NCBI GenBank assembly: GCA_964016885.1 | Contig: OZ024752.1 | Span: forward strand, 7,192,001 to 7,256,000 | DNA length: 64,000 bases | Origin: Eledone cirrhosa | Lineage: Eukaryota | Direction: 5' to 3' | Shown: positions 11,695-26,285 of the stretch, one piece after another | Layout of the letters: each line of letters starts with the position of its first letter | How positions within the stretch are numbered: the first letter of the stretch is position 1 | Translations under genes and position numbers: made by a program | The notes under the pieces: generated by a model | Database searches by the model: none | What the model saw: only the letters and a program-made list of their open reading frames with translations | Told to the model about the DNA's origin: nothing

Positions 11695-14600
11695 ACCATG
11701 ACAGTCTATCTACCAGTACTGTCTGTCTACCATGACAGTCTATCTACCAGGACTGTCTGTCTACCAGGACTGTCTCTCTACCAGGACTGTCTCTCTACCA
11801 GGACTGTCTCTCTACCATGACAGTCTATCTACCAGGACTGTCTGTCTACCAGGACTGTCTCTCTACCAGGACTGTCTGTCTACCAGGACTGTCTGTCTAC
11901 CAGGACTGTCTCTCTACCAGGACTGTCTCTCTACCAGGACTGTCTGTCTACAATGACAGTCTATCTACCAGGACTGTCTCTCTACCAGTACTGTCTCTCT
12001 ACCAGGACTGTCTGTCTACAATGACAGTCTATCTACCATGACAGTCTATCTACCAGGACTGTCTCTCTACCAGGACTGTCTATCTACCAGTACTGTCTGT
12101 CTACAATGACAGTCTATCTACCATGACAGTCTATCTACCAGTACTGTCTCTCTACCAGGACTGTCTCTCTACCAGGACTGTCTGTCTACAATGACAGTCT
12201 ATCTACCAGGACTGTCTGTCTACCAGGACTGTCTGTCTACCAGGACTGTCTCTCTACCAGTACTGTCTCTCTACCAGGACTGTCTCTCTACCAGGACTGT
12301 CTATCTACCAGTACTGTCTCTCTACCAGGACTGTCTCTCTACCAGTACTGTCTCTCTACCAGGACTGTCTCTCTACCAGGACTGTCTCTCTACCAGGACT
12401 GTCTGTCTACAATGACAGTCTATCTACCAGGACTGTCTGTCTACCAGGACTGTCTCTCTACCAGGACTGTCTCTCTACCAGGACTGTCTGTCTACAATGA
12501 CAGTCTATCTACCAGGACTGTCTGTCTACCAGGACTGTCTCTCTACCAGGACTGTCTCTCTACCAGGACTGTCTGTCTACAATGACAGTCTATCTACCAG
12601 GACTGTCTGTCTACCAGGACTGTCTCTCTACCAGGACTGTCTCTCTACCAGGACTGTCTGTCTACAATGACAGTCTATCTACCAGGACTGTCTGTCTACC
12701 AGGACTGTCTATCTACCAGTACTGTCTCTCTACCAGTACTGTCTCTCTACCAGGACTGTCTCTCTACCAGGACTGTCTATCTACCAGTACTGTCTCTCTA
12801 CCAGGACTGTCTCTCTACCAGGACTGTCTCTCTACCAGGACTGTCTCTCTACCAGGACTGTCTCTCTACCAGGACTGTCTCTCTACCAGGACTGTCTGTC
12901 TACAATGACAGTCTATCTACCATGACAGTCTATCTACCAGGACTGTCTGTCTACCAGGACTGTCTCTCTACCAGGACTGTCTCTCTACCAGGACTGTCTA
13001 TCTACCAGGACTGTCTGTCTACCAGTACTGTCTGTCTACCATGACAGTCTATCTACCAAGACTGTCTCTCTACCAGGACTGTCTGTCTACAATGACAGTC
13101 TATCTACCAGGACTGTCTGTCTACCAGGACTGTCTCTCTACCAGTACTGTCTCTCTACCAGGACTGTCTCTCTACCAGGACTGTCTCTCTACCAGGACTG
13201 TCTGTCTACAATGACAGTCTATCTACCATGACAGTCTATCTACCAGTACTGTCTCTCTACCAGTACTGTCTCTCTACCAGGACTGTCTATCTACCAGTAC
13301 TGTCTCTCTACCAGTACTGTCTCTCTACCAGGACTGTCTATCTACCAGTACTGTCTCTCTACCAGGACTGTCTCTCTACCAGGACTGTCTATCTACCAGT
13401 ACTGTCTCTCTACCAGGACTGTCTCTCTACCAGTACTGTCTCTCTACCAGGACTGTCTATCTACCAGTACTGTCTCTCTACCAGGACTGTCTCTCTACCA
13501 GGACTGTCTATCTACCAGTACTGTCTCTCTACCAGGACTGTCTATCTACCAGTACTGTCTCTCTACCAGGACTGTCTCTCTACCAGTACTGTCTCTCTAC
13601 CAGTACTGTCTCTCTACCAGGACTGTCTATCTACCAGTACTGTCTCTCTACCAGGACTGTCTCTCTACCAGGACTGTCTATCTACCAGTACTGTCTCTCT
13701 ACCAGGACTGTCTCTCTACCAGTACTGTCTCTCTACCAGGACTGTCTATCTACCAGTACTGTCTCTCTACCAGGACTGTCTCTCTACCAGGACTGTCTAT
13801 CTACCAGTACTGTCTCTCTACCAGGACTGTCTCTCTACCAGGACTGTCTATCTACCAGTACTGTCTCTCTACCAGGACTGTCTCTCTACCAGTACTGTCT
13901 GTCTACAATGACAGTCTATCTACCAGGACAGTCTATCTACCAGGACTGTCTATCTACCAGTACTGTCTCTCTACCAGTACTGTCTCTCTACCAGGACTGT
14001 CTCTCTACCAGGACTGTCTCTCTACCAGGACTGTCTATCTACCAGTACTGTCTCTCTACCAGGACTGTCTCTCTACCAGTACTGTCTGTCTACAATGACA
14101 GTCTATCTACCAGTACTGTCTCTCTACCAGGACTGTCTCTCTACCAGTACTGTCTGTCTACAATGACAGTCTATCTACCAGGACTGTCTCTCTACCAGGA
14201 CTGTCTATCTACCAGTACTGTCTCTCTACCAGGACTGTCTCTCTACCAGTACTGTCTGTCTACAATGACAGTCTCTCTACCAGTACTGTCTCTCTACCAG
14301 GACTGTCTATCTACCAGTACTGTCTCTCTACCAGGACTGTCTCTCTACCAGGACTGTCTCTCTACCAGTACTGTCTCTCTACCAGGACTGTCTATCTACC
14401 AGTACTGTCTCTCTACCAGTACTGTCTCTCTACCAGGACTGTCTCTCTACCAGTACTGTCTGTCTACAATGACAGTCTATCTACCAGGACTGTCTATCTA
14501 CCAGTACTGTCTCTCTACCAGTACTGTCTCTCTACCAGGACTGTCTATCTACCAGGACTGTCTCTCTACCAGTACTGTCTGTCTACAATGACAGTCTATC

Positions 14601-17600
14601 TACCAGTACTGTCTCTCTACCAGTACTGTCTCTCTACCAGGACTGTCTATCTACCAGGACTGTCTCTCTACCAGGACTGTCTCTCTACCAGGACTGTCTC
14701 TCTACCAGTACTGTCTGTCTACAATGACAGTCTATCTACCAGTACTGTCTCTCTACCAGTACTGTCTCTCTACCAGGACTGTCTATCTACCAGGACTGTC
14801 TCTCTACCAGGACTGTCTCTCTACCAGGACTGTCTCTCTACCAGTACTGTCTGTCTACAATGACAGTCTATCTACCAGGACTGTCTCTCTACCAGTACTG
14901 TCTCTCTACCAGGACTGTCTCTCTACCAGGACTGTCTCTCTACCAGGACTGTCTATCTACCAGGACTGTCACTCTACCAGGACTGTCTATCTACCAGTAC
15001 TGTCTCTCTACCAGGACTGTCTCTCTACCAGTACTGTCTGTCTACAATGACAGTCTATCTACCAGGACTGTCTCTCTACCAGTACTGTCTCTCTACCAGG
15101 ACTGTCTATCTACCAGGACTGTCTATCTACCAGTACTGTCTCTCTACCAGGACTGTCTCTCTACCAGGACTGTCTATCTACCAGGACTGTCTCTCTACCA
15201 GTACTGTCTATCTACCAGTACTGTCTCTCTACCAGGACTGTCTCTCTACCAGGACTGTCTCTCTACCAGGACTGTCTCTCTACCAGTACTGTCTCTCTAC
15301 CAGGACTGTCTCTCTACCAGGACTGTCTCTCTACCAGTACTGTCTCTCTACCAGGACTGTCTGTCTACAATGACAGTCTATCTACCAGGACTGTCTCTCT
15401 ACCAGGACTGTCTGTCTACAATGACAGTCTATCTACCAGGACTGTCTCTCTACCAGGACTGTCTGTCTACCATGACAGTCTATCTACCAGGACTGTCTGT
15501 CTACAATGACAGTCTATCTACCAGGACTGTCTCTCTACCAGGACTGTCTATCTACCAGGACTGTCTATCTACCAGTACTGTCTCTCTACCAGGACTGTCT
15601 CTCTACCAGGACTGTCTATCTACCAGGACTGTCTCTCTACCAGTACTGTCTATCTACCAGGACTGTCTCTCTACCAGTACTGTCTGTCTACCATGACAGT
15701 CTATCTACCAGGACTGTCTGTCTACAATGACAGTCTATCTACCAGGACTGTCTCTCTACCAGGACTGTCTGTCTACCATGACAGTCTATCTACCAGGACT
15801 GTCTGTCTACAATGACAGTCTATCTACCAGGACTGTCTCTCTACCAGGACTGTCTCTCTACCAGGACTGTCTCTCTACCAGGACTGTCTCTCTACCAGTA
15901 CTGTCTCTCTACCAGGACTGTCTGTCTACCATGACAGTCTATCTACCAGGACTGTCTCTCTACCAGGACTGTCTGTCTACCATGACAGTCTATCTACCAG
16001 GACTGTCTGTCTACAATGACAGTCTATCTACCAGGACTGTCTCTCTACCAGGACTGTCTGTCTACCATGACAGTCTATCTACCAGGACTGTCTGTCTACA
16101 ATGACAGTCTATCTACCAGGACTGTCTGTCTACAATGACAGTCTATCTACCAGGACTGTCTGTCTACAATGACAGTCTATCTACCAGGACTGTCTCTCTA
16201 CCAGGACTGTCTGTCTACCATGACAGTCTATCTACCAGGACTGTCTGTCTACAATGACAGTCTATCTACCAGGACTGTCTCTCTACCAGGACTGTCTCTC
16301 TACCAGGACTGTCTCTCTACCAGGACTGTCTCTCTACCAGTACTGTCTCTCTACCAGGACTGTCTCTCTACCAGGACTGTCTCTCTACCAGTACTGTCTC
16401 TCTACCAGGACTGTCTGTCTACAATGACAGTCTATCTACCAGGACTGTCTCTCTACCAGGACTGTCTGTCTACAATGACAGTCTATCTACCAGGACTGTC
16501 TCTCTACCAGGACTGTCTGTCTACCATGACAGTCTATCTACCAGGACTGTCTGTCTACAATGACAGTCTATCTACCAGGACTGTCTCTCTACCAGGACTG
16601 TCTCTCTACCAGGACTGTCTATCTACCAGTACTGTCTCTCTACCAGGACTGTCTCTCTACCAGTACTGTCTGTCTACAATGACAGTCTATCTACCAGGAC
16701 TGTCTATCTACCAGTACTGTCTCTCTACCAGTACTGTCTCTCTACCAGGACTGTCTATCTACCAGTAGTGTCTCTCTACCAGGACTGTCTCTCTACCAGG
16801 ACTGTCTATCTACCAGTACTGTCTCTCTACCAGGACTGTCTCTCTACCAGTACTGTCTATCTACCAGTACTGTCTCTCTACCAGTACTGTCTCTCTACCA
16901 GGACTGTCTATCTACCAGTACTGTCTCTCTACAATGACAGTCTATCTACCAGTACTGACTGTCTACCATGACAGTCTCTCTACCAGTACTGTCTCTCTAC
17001 CAGGACTGTCTCTCTACCAGGACTGTCTATCTACCAGTACTGTCTCTCTACCAGTACTGTCTCTCTACCAGTACTGTCTCTCTACCAGTACTGTCTCTCT
17101 ACCAGGACTGTCTATCTACCAGTACTGTCTCTCTACCAGTACTGTCTCTCTACCAGTACTGTCTCTCTACCAGTACTGTCTCTCTACCAGTACTGTCTCT
17201 CTACCAGGACTGTCTATCTACCAGGACTGTCTATCTACCAGTACTGTCTCTCTACCAGGACTGTCTCTCTACCAGTACTGTCTCTCTACCAGGACTGTCT
17301 ATCTACCAGTACTGTCTCTCTACCAGTACTGTCTCTCTACCAGGACTGTCTATCTACCAGTACTGTCTCTCTACCAGTACTGTCTCTCTACCAGTACTGT
17401 CTCTCTACCAGTACTGTCTCTCTACCAGGACTGTCTATCTACCAGGACTGTCTCTCTACCAGGACTGTCTATCTACCAGTACTGTCTCTCTACCAGTACT
17501 GTCTCTCTACCAGTACTGTCTCTCTACCAGGACTGTCTATCTACCAGTACTGTCTATCTACCAGTACTGTCTCTCTACCAGTACTGTCTCTCTACCAGTA

Positions 17601-20600
17601 CTGTCTCTCTACCAGTACTGTCTCTCTACCAGGACTGTCTATCTACCAGGACTGTCTCTCTACCAGGACTGTCTATCTACCAGTACTGTCTCTCTACCAG
17701 TACTGTCTCTCTACCAGTACTGTCTCTCTACCAGGACTGTCTATCTACCAGGACAGTCTCTCTACCAGTACTGTCTCTCTACCAGTACTGTCTCTCTACC
17801 AGTACTGTCTCTCTACCAGTACTGTCTGTCTACAATGACAGTCTCTCTACCAGGACTGTCTGTCTACAATGACAGTCTATCTACCAGGACTGTCTCTCTA
17901 CCAGGACTGTCTCTCTACCAGGACTGTCTCTCTACCAGGACTGTCTATCTACCAGTACTGTCTCTCTACCAGGACTGTCTCTCTACCAGGACTGTCTATC
18001 TACCAGTACTGTCTCTCTACCAGGACTGTCTCTCTACCAGTACTGTCTGTCTACAATGACAGTCTATCTACCAGGACTGTCTCTCTACCAGGACTGTCTA
18101 TCTACCAGTACTGTCTCTCTACCAGGACTGTCTCTCTACCAGTACTGTCTGTCTACAATGACAGTCTCTCTACCAGGACTGTCTGTCTACAATGACAGTC
18201 TATCTACCAGGACTGTCTCTCTACCAGGACTGTCTCTCTACCAGGACTGTCTCTCTACCAGGACTGTCTATCTACCAGTACTGTCTCTCTACCAGGACTG
18301 TCTCTCTACCAGGACTGTCTGTCTACAATGACAGTCTATCTACCAGGACTGTCTCTCTACCAGGACTGTCTATCTACCAGTACTGTCTCTCTACCAGGAC
18401 TGTCTCTCTACCAGTACTGTCTGTCTACAATGACAGTCTATCTACCAGGACTGTCTCTCTACCAGGACTGTCTATCTACCAGGACTGTCTCTCTACCAGG
18501 ACAGTCTATCTACCAGGACTGTCTCTCTACCAGGACAGTCTATCTACCAGGACTGTCTCTCTACCAGGACTGTCTATCTACCAGTACTGTCTCTCTACCA
18601 GGACTGTCTCTCTACCAGGACAGTCTATCTACCAGGACTGTCTCTCTACCAGGACTGTCTATCTACCGGGACTGTCTCTCTACCAGGACTGTCTCTCTAC
18701 CAGGACTGTCTATCTACCAGTACTGTCTCTCTACCAGGACTGTCTCTCTACCAGTACTGTCTGTCTACAATGACAGTCTATCTACCAGGACTGTCTCTCT
18801 ACCAGGACTGTCTATCTACCAGTACTGTCTCTCTACCAGGACTGTCTCTCTACCAGTACTGTCTGTCTACAATGACAGTCTATCTACCAGGACAGTCTCT
18901 CTACCAGTACTGTCTCTCTACCAGTACTGTCTCTCTACCAGGACTGTCTGTCTACAATGACAGTCTATCTACCAGGACTGTCTCTCTACCAGGACTGTCT
19001 ATCTACCAGTACTGTCTCTCTACCAGGACTGTCTCTCTACCAGTACTGTCTGTCTACAATGACAGTCTATCTACCAGGACAGTCTCTCTACCAGGACTGT
19101 CTCTCTACCAGGACTGTCTCTCTACCAGGACTGTCTCTCTACCAGGACTGTCTCTCTACCAGGACTGTCTGTCTACAATGACAGTCTATCTACCAGGACT
19201 GTCTCTCTACCAGGACTGTCTCTCTACCAGGACTGTCTCTCTACCAGGACTGTCTCTCTACCAGTACTGTCTCTCTACCAGGACTGTCTCTCTACCAGGA
19301 CTGTCTATCTACCAGTACTGTCTCTCTACCAGGACTGTCTCTCTACCAGTACTGTCTGTCTACAATGACAGTCTATCTACCAGGACTGTCTCTCTACCAG
19401 GACTGTCTATCTACCAGTACTGTCTGTCTACAATGACAGTCTATCTACCAGTACTGTCTGTCTACCAGGACTGTCTCTCTACCAGTACTGTCTATCTACC
19501 AGTACTGTCTCTCTACCAGGACTGTCTATCTACCAGTACTGTCTCTCTACCAGGACTGTCTCTCTACCAGGACTGTCTCTCTACCAGTACTGTCTCTCTA
19601 CCAGGACTGTCTCTCTACCAGGACTGTCTATCTACCAGTACTGTCTCTCTACCATGACAGTCTATCTACCAGTACTGTCTCTCTACCAGGACTGTCTCTC
19701 TACCAGGACTGTCTCTCTACCAGGACTGTCTATCTACCAGTACTGTCTCTCTACCAGGACTGTCTCTCTACCAGGACTGTCTCTCTACCAGGACTGTCTA
19801 TCTACCAGTACTGTCTCTCTACCATGACAGTCTATCTACCAGTACTGTCTCTCTACCATGACAGTCTATCTACCAGGACTGTCTGTCTACCAGGAATGTC
19901 TATCTACCAGGACTGTCTCTCTACCAGTACTGTCTCTCTACCAGGACTGTCTATCTACCAGTACTGTCTCTCTACCAGGACTGTCTATCTACCAGTACTG
20001 TCTCTCTACCAGGACTGTCTATCTACCAGTACTGTCTCTCTACCATGACAGTCTCTCTACCAGGACTGTCTGTCTACAATGACAGTCTATCTACCAGGAC
20101 TGTCTCTCTACCAGGACTGTCTCTCTACCAGGACTGTCTCTCTACCAGGACTGTCTATCTACCAGTACTGTCTCTCTACCAGGACTGTCTCTCTACCAGG
20201 ACTGTCTGTCTACAATGACAGTCTATCTACCAGGACTGTCTCTCTACCAGGACTGTCTCTCTACCAGGACTGTCTCTCTACCAGGACTGTCTATCTACCA
20301 GTACTGTCTCTCTACCAGGACTGTCTCTCTACCAGTACTGTCTCTCTACCAGGACTGTCTCTCTACCAGTACTGTCTCTCTACCAGGACTGTCTCTCTAC
20401 CAGGACTGTCTATCTACCAGTACTGTCTCTCTACCAGGACTGTCTCTCTACCAGTACTGTCTCTCTACCAGGACTGTCTCTCTACCAGGACTGTCTCTCT
20501 ACCAGGACTGTCTCTCTACCAGTACTGTCTGTCTACAATGACAGTCTATCTACCAGGACTGTCTCTCTACCAGGACTGTCTATCTACCAGTACTGTCTCT

Positions 20601-23600
20601 CTACCAGGACTGTCTCTCTACCAGTACTGTCTCTCTACCAGGACTGTCTCTCTACCAGGACTGTCTCTCTACCAGGACTGTCTATCTACCAGGACTGTCT
20701 GTCTACCAGGACTGTCTCTCTACCAGGACTGTCTCTCTACCAGTACTGTCTCTCTACCAGGACTGTCTATCTACCAGTACTGTCTCTCTACCAGGACTGT
20801 CTCTCTACCAGTACTGTCTCTCTACCAGGACTGTCTATCTACCAGTACTGTCTCTCTACCAGGACTGTCTCTCTACCAGGACTGTCTATCTACCAGTACT
20901 GTCTGTCTACAATGACAGTCTATCTACCAGGACTGTCTCTCTACCAGGACTGTCTATCTACCAGTACTGTCTCTCTACCAGGACTGTCTCTCTACCAGGA
21001 CTGTCTATCTACCAGTACTGTCTCTCTACCAGGACTGTCTCTCTACCAGTACTGTCTGTCTACAATGACAGTCTATCTACCAGGACTGTCTGTCTACAAT
21101 GACAGTCTATCTACCAGGACTGTCTCTCTACCAGGACTGTCTATCTACCAGTACTGTCTCTCTACCAGGACTGTCTCTCTACCAGGACTGTCTATCTACC
21201 AGTACTGTCTCTCTACCAGGACTGTCTCTCTACCAGTACTGTCTGTCTACAATGACAGTCTATCTACCAGGACTGTCTCTCTACCAGGACTGTCTCTCTA
21301 CCAGTACTGTCTGTCTACAATGACAGTCTATCTACCAGTACTGTCTCTCTACCAGGACTGTCTCTCTACCAGTACTGTCTGTCTACAATGACAGTCTATC
21401 TACCAGGACTGTCTCTCTACCATGACAGTCTCTCTACCAGGACTGTCTCTCTACCAGGACTGTCTATCTACCAGTACTGTCTCTCTACCAGGACTGTCTA
21501 TCTACCAGTACTGTCTCTCTACCAGGACTGTCTATCTACCAGTACTGTCTCTCTACCATGACAGTCTCTCTACCAGGACTGTCTGTCTACAATGACAGTC
21601 TATCTACCAGGACTGTCTCTCTACCAGGACTGTCTCTCTACCAGGACTGTCTCTCTACCAGGACTGTCTATCTACCAGTACTGTCTCTCTACCAGGACTG
21701 TCTCTCTACCAGGACTGTCTATCTACCAGTACTGTCTCTCTACCAGGACTGTCTCTCTACCAGTACTGTCTGTCTACAATGACAGTCTATCTACCAGGAC
21801 TGTCTCTCTACCAGGACTGTCTATCTACCAGTACTGTCTCTCTACCAGGACTGTCTCTCTACCAGTACTGTCTCTCTACCAGGACTGTCTCTCTACCAGG
21901 ACTGTCTCTCTACCAGGACTGTCTCTCTACCAGGACTGTCTCTCTACCAGGACTGTCTCTCTACCAGGACTGTCTCTCTACCAGGACTGTCTCTCTACCA
22001 GTACTGTCTGTCTACAATGACAGTCTATCTACCAGGACTGTCTCTCTACCAGGACTGTCTATCTACCAGTACTGTCTCTCTACCAGGACTGTCTCTCTAC
22101 CAGTACTGTCTGTCTACAATGACAGTCTATCTACCAGGACTGTCTCTCTACCATGACAGTCTATCTACCAGTACTGTCTCTCTACCAGGACTGTCTCTCT
22201 ACCAGGACTGTCTATCTACCAGTACTGTCTCTCTACCAGGACTGTCTCTCTACCAGGACTGTCTATCTACCAGTACTGTCTCTCTACCAGGACTGTCTCT
22301 CTACCAGTACTGTCTGTCTACAATGACAGTCTATCTACCAGGACTGTCTCTCTACCATGACAGTCTATCTACCAGTACTGTCTCTCTACCAGGACTGTCT
22401 ATCTACCAGGACAGTCTATCTACCAGGACTGTCTATCTACCAGTACTGTCTCTCTACCAGGACTGTCTATCTACCAGTACTGTCTCTCTACCAGGACTGT
22501 CTATCTACCAGTACTGTCTCTCTACCAGTACTGTCTCTCTACCAGGACTGTCTATCTACCAGTACTGTCTCTCTACCAGGACTGTCTATCTACCAGTACT
22601 GTCTCTCTACCAGGACTGTCTATCTACCAGTACTGTCTCTCTACCAGGACTGTCTATCTACCAGTACTGTCTCTCTACCATGACAGTCTATCTACCAGGA
22701 CTGTCTGTCTACCAGGAATGTCTATCTACCAGGACTGTCTCTCTACCAGTACTGTCTCTCTACCAGGACTGTCTATCTACCAGGACTGTCTCTCTACCAG
22801 GACTGTCTATCTACCAGTACTGTCTCTCTACCAGGACTGTCTCTCTACCAGTACTGTCTGTCTACAATGACAGTCTATCTACCAGGACTGTCTATCTACC
22901 AGTACTGTCTCTCTACCAGGACTGTCTATCTACCAGTACTGTCTCTCTACCAGGACTGTCTATCTACCAGTACTGTCTCTCTACCAGGACTGTCTGTCTA
23001 CAATGACAGTCTATCTACCAGGACTGTCTATCTACCAGTACTGTCTATCTACCAGGACTGTCTATCTACCAGTACTGTCTCTCTACCAGGACTGTCTATC
23101 TACCAGTACTGTCTCTCTACCATGACAGTCTATCTACCAGGACTGTCTGTCTACCAGGAATGTCTATCTACCAGGACTGTCTCTCTACCAGGACTGTCTA
23201 TCTACCAGTACTGTCTCTCTACCAGGACTGTCTATCTACCAGTACTGTCTCTCTACCAGGACTGTCTATCTACCAGTACTGTCTCTCTACCATGACAGTC
23301 TATCTACCAGGACTGTCTGTCTACCAGGACTGTCTATCTACCAGTACTGTCTCTCTACCAGGACTGTCTATCTACCAGTACTGTCTCTCTACCAGGACTG
23401 TCTATCTACCAGTACTGTCTCTCTACCAGGACTGTCTATCTACCAGTACTGTCTCTCTACCATGACAGTCTATCTACCAGGACTGTCTGTCTACCAGGAA
23501 TGTCTATCTACCAGTACTGTCTCTCTACCAGGACTGTCTATCTACCAGTACTGTCTCTCTACCAGGACTGTCTATCTACCAGTACTGTCTCTCTACCAGG

Positions 23601-23838
23601 ACTGTCTATCTACCAGTACTGTCTCTCTACCATGACAGTCTATCTACCAGGACTGTCTGTCTACCAGGAATGTCTATCTACCAGGACTGTCTCTCTACCA
23701 GGACTGTCTGTCTACCAGGAATGTCTATCTACCAGGACTGTCTGTCTACCAGTACTGTCTGTCTACCATGACAGTCTATCTACCAGGACTGTCTGTCTAC
23801 CATGACAGTCTATCTACCAGGACTGTCTGTCTACCAGG
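11695..23838. repeat. 12.1-kb satellite, 714 x 17-bp unit (accaggactgtctctct and substitution variants)
   Basis: First unit at 11695 and terminal partial unit at 23833 are 12138 = 17 x 714 bp apart; all ORFs here are artefacts. Confidence 0.98.
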
Positions 23839-24629
23839 TCCTCTTCTCTACTGTGACCATGGTGGAGGTAGTAATGGTAATTGTTATATTCACGATATAA
23901 AAACTTCTTACTTTGTTATATTCTCTCAATGAGTTCCCAGTTTCAAAAGCTGCTCAGTTGCCAGTAAAACAAAGATGAAATATTTTGTTTATTAAAAGTA
24001 CAGCCTCAAGTATGTTACAATGCCAACAGAAGGAGATTTAATACTTAGCATTATCTAAGATGGAGAGTTTTTTTATTAATATAATTTATATATAACATTA
24101 TTTCTGTTTTTGATTTTTAGTGAAAGAACTCTTGCCAACATTTTAGAGATTTTTATTTTGATAGCCAAGATGTTAGTGATGACAGCGGGGATGGTGTACA
24201 GAACTATTGGAGGAAGAGGAGGAGGAGAGAGAAGAGGGGTGAGGAGGAGGAGGAAGATGAGGAGTGGGGGGGGGGGGGGGGCACTTTTTTCAAAGTCCAA
24301 CAGTTGCAAGAGTGGGAGAGATCGTCCTGACGTGAACCATGTTTATTTATAAACATACCGTATTTCTTTAGAAATATGAAATTCAAATACATATTTATAT
24401 ACAGTTATGTTCGAAACTAAATCCTATTTCTATTCTATATTAGCTTGAGCCAACTTATACAGCTTCATACACAAATGAGATTAAACACCTCATTTCCACA
24501 GACGAAAAAACTGTATATTTTCACCTGTTTTCAAAGCCTGGCAGTTGCAAAAGTAGGAGAGGTCGGTCTGACGATTGTCCCCCTTGCTTCTGTCGAGCAC
24601 CGCAGGGTGGCGTTAGAAGAAAAAAAGAC

Positions 24630-24907
24630 CGGGTGATGTGTTGTTTCCTTGAGCAAGACACTTTATTTCACATTGCTCCAGTTTACTCAGCTGTAGAAAT
24701 GAGATGATAGGGACTGGGGTCCCTATCATTTCACTACAAATGGTCGTGGAGGTGCCACGGCAAAAAAAGCACCCAACACTCACTGTAAATGAGGTTGGTG
24801 TTAGGAAATGCATCCAGCTGTAGAAATCAAGCCAGCATCAGTTCCCATCCCACCCTTGCAAGCAGGGAAAAAGCGGACATAAAATGAAATGATGATGATG
24901 ATGATGA
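24630..24907 (+). mobile_element. SINE with CORE-like body and RTE-derived 3' tail (5'-truncated)
   Basis: ccttgagcaagacactt body, atgataggga...ccctatcat hairpin, then sequence matching the LINE 3' UTR at about 7826-7965 and a (GAT)n tail. Confidence 0.85.
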
Positions 24908-25876
24908 TATATAAATGGAATAGAATGAAACGAAATTTCATTTCTCGCTCTTAGCTAATGACGATAGCTATTAAGCTTGAAACTATTACATCGTTCCTGT
25001 GTCAGTGTTGAACAAAAAGGTGACATGGTTGCCTAAACACTGTACGGCGTAATTTGGGCTGTTTGTTTGTTTACAAACAAACAAACCGAGCATTATAATA
25101 AATGTTCGGTAAACTGATACGTGCATATATATATATGTGTGCATGTATGTATATATATATATACATACTACTGTACGTCTGTATACATATATGTATGTAC
25201 GTATACATACTTACATATATATATATATATATAAAACAATTTAAGAAATTTAAATCAAAATATATATACATTGTTATACTTTGGTAGGGTCATGCTGTCA
25301 ATAAAAACACATGCACCTGTTGGGTTTCACTTCAATTTATCAATATAACTCCCATTCAGTTGTTTAGTTGTCAATATCTATACACACACATACGTCTAGT
25401 TGTCAATGTCTACACACACACACACACACATACATACTTCTAACAGGAATGAAATTCTTGAATTTTGATTAATGATAATATTTTTGTGCATGATTTACAT
25501 ATTTGCATCTCTTTAATATGGTATTAATAGTTCTTTGTTGATGTACTTTGAATATAAGATTAGCTGGTTGCTACTTCTCACATCACACATGTATCATTAC
25601 AAAAGATATATATGGTTGTTATTTATTATAATAGACATATATACATATATACGAGACTCATGTGTATTATAATAGACATGTCTGGTTGTTTTGTGGCTGG
25701 CAGGAAATTGATATTATGACCTCTTTCAATTATTTATTTTTCTTTACTCATCAATAAAATCTGTGGAAAAGATGGTTGCTGTTTGATTTTTCTTTTATAG
25801 AAAATCAGACACAAAGACACCCCTTCATACAACGATGGCTGTGTGTGTGTCTCTCTCTACATATGTATCTATATGT

Positions 25877-26063
25877 GAACGTGGTTGGTGTTAGGAAGGG
25901 CATCCAGCTGTAAAATACCCCCTAGCTAAATTTTCAGTCATCGCTGAAGCAAGGTGCGACACATGGCCAATCCTGGCCAGACTTGCCTCCCGGTATGGAC
26001 AACCTGTCTAAACCATGCAAGTGTGGAAAAATTGACCTTAAATAGAAATGATGGTGATGATGA
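25877..26063 (+). mobile_element. RTE-tail fragment
   Basis: gtggttggtgttaggaagggcatccagctgta...aaccatgcaagtgtggaaaa...gatgat. Confidence 0.75.
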
Positions 26064-26285
26064 TATATATATATATATGTATGTATGTATAATAGTAGTA
26101 ATAGGTAGGTAAACATTCCAAGGTATAGAGAAACTCAAGTCCATAGGGCAACCTTGAGGATAATTATTAAGGCCAGTTATACAACTGTGCCATAGCAGCT
26201 ACATGTTTGGTTAGCCCTTAGGACCAACTTGTTCAACCTGTGTCAATAAAAATGAACCAGACAATGTATACTAAAAAATTACTGC

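Noticed and set aside
11695-23838. Dozens of MTVYLPGLSLYQDCLSTRT ORFs, or a CRISPR-like array
   Set aside because: Translations of a 17-bp satellite; no unique spacers and no cas genes; eukaryotic context
11685-23870. Possible inverted termini around the 17-mer array (ccaccatgacagt / actgtgaccatggtgg)
   Set aside because: Short, gapped, low-complexity match with no TSD; may be chance
24945-24995. Hammerhead-like ctaatga...gaaac
   Set aside because: Core mutated and no convincing stem I
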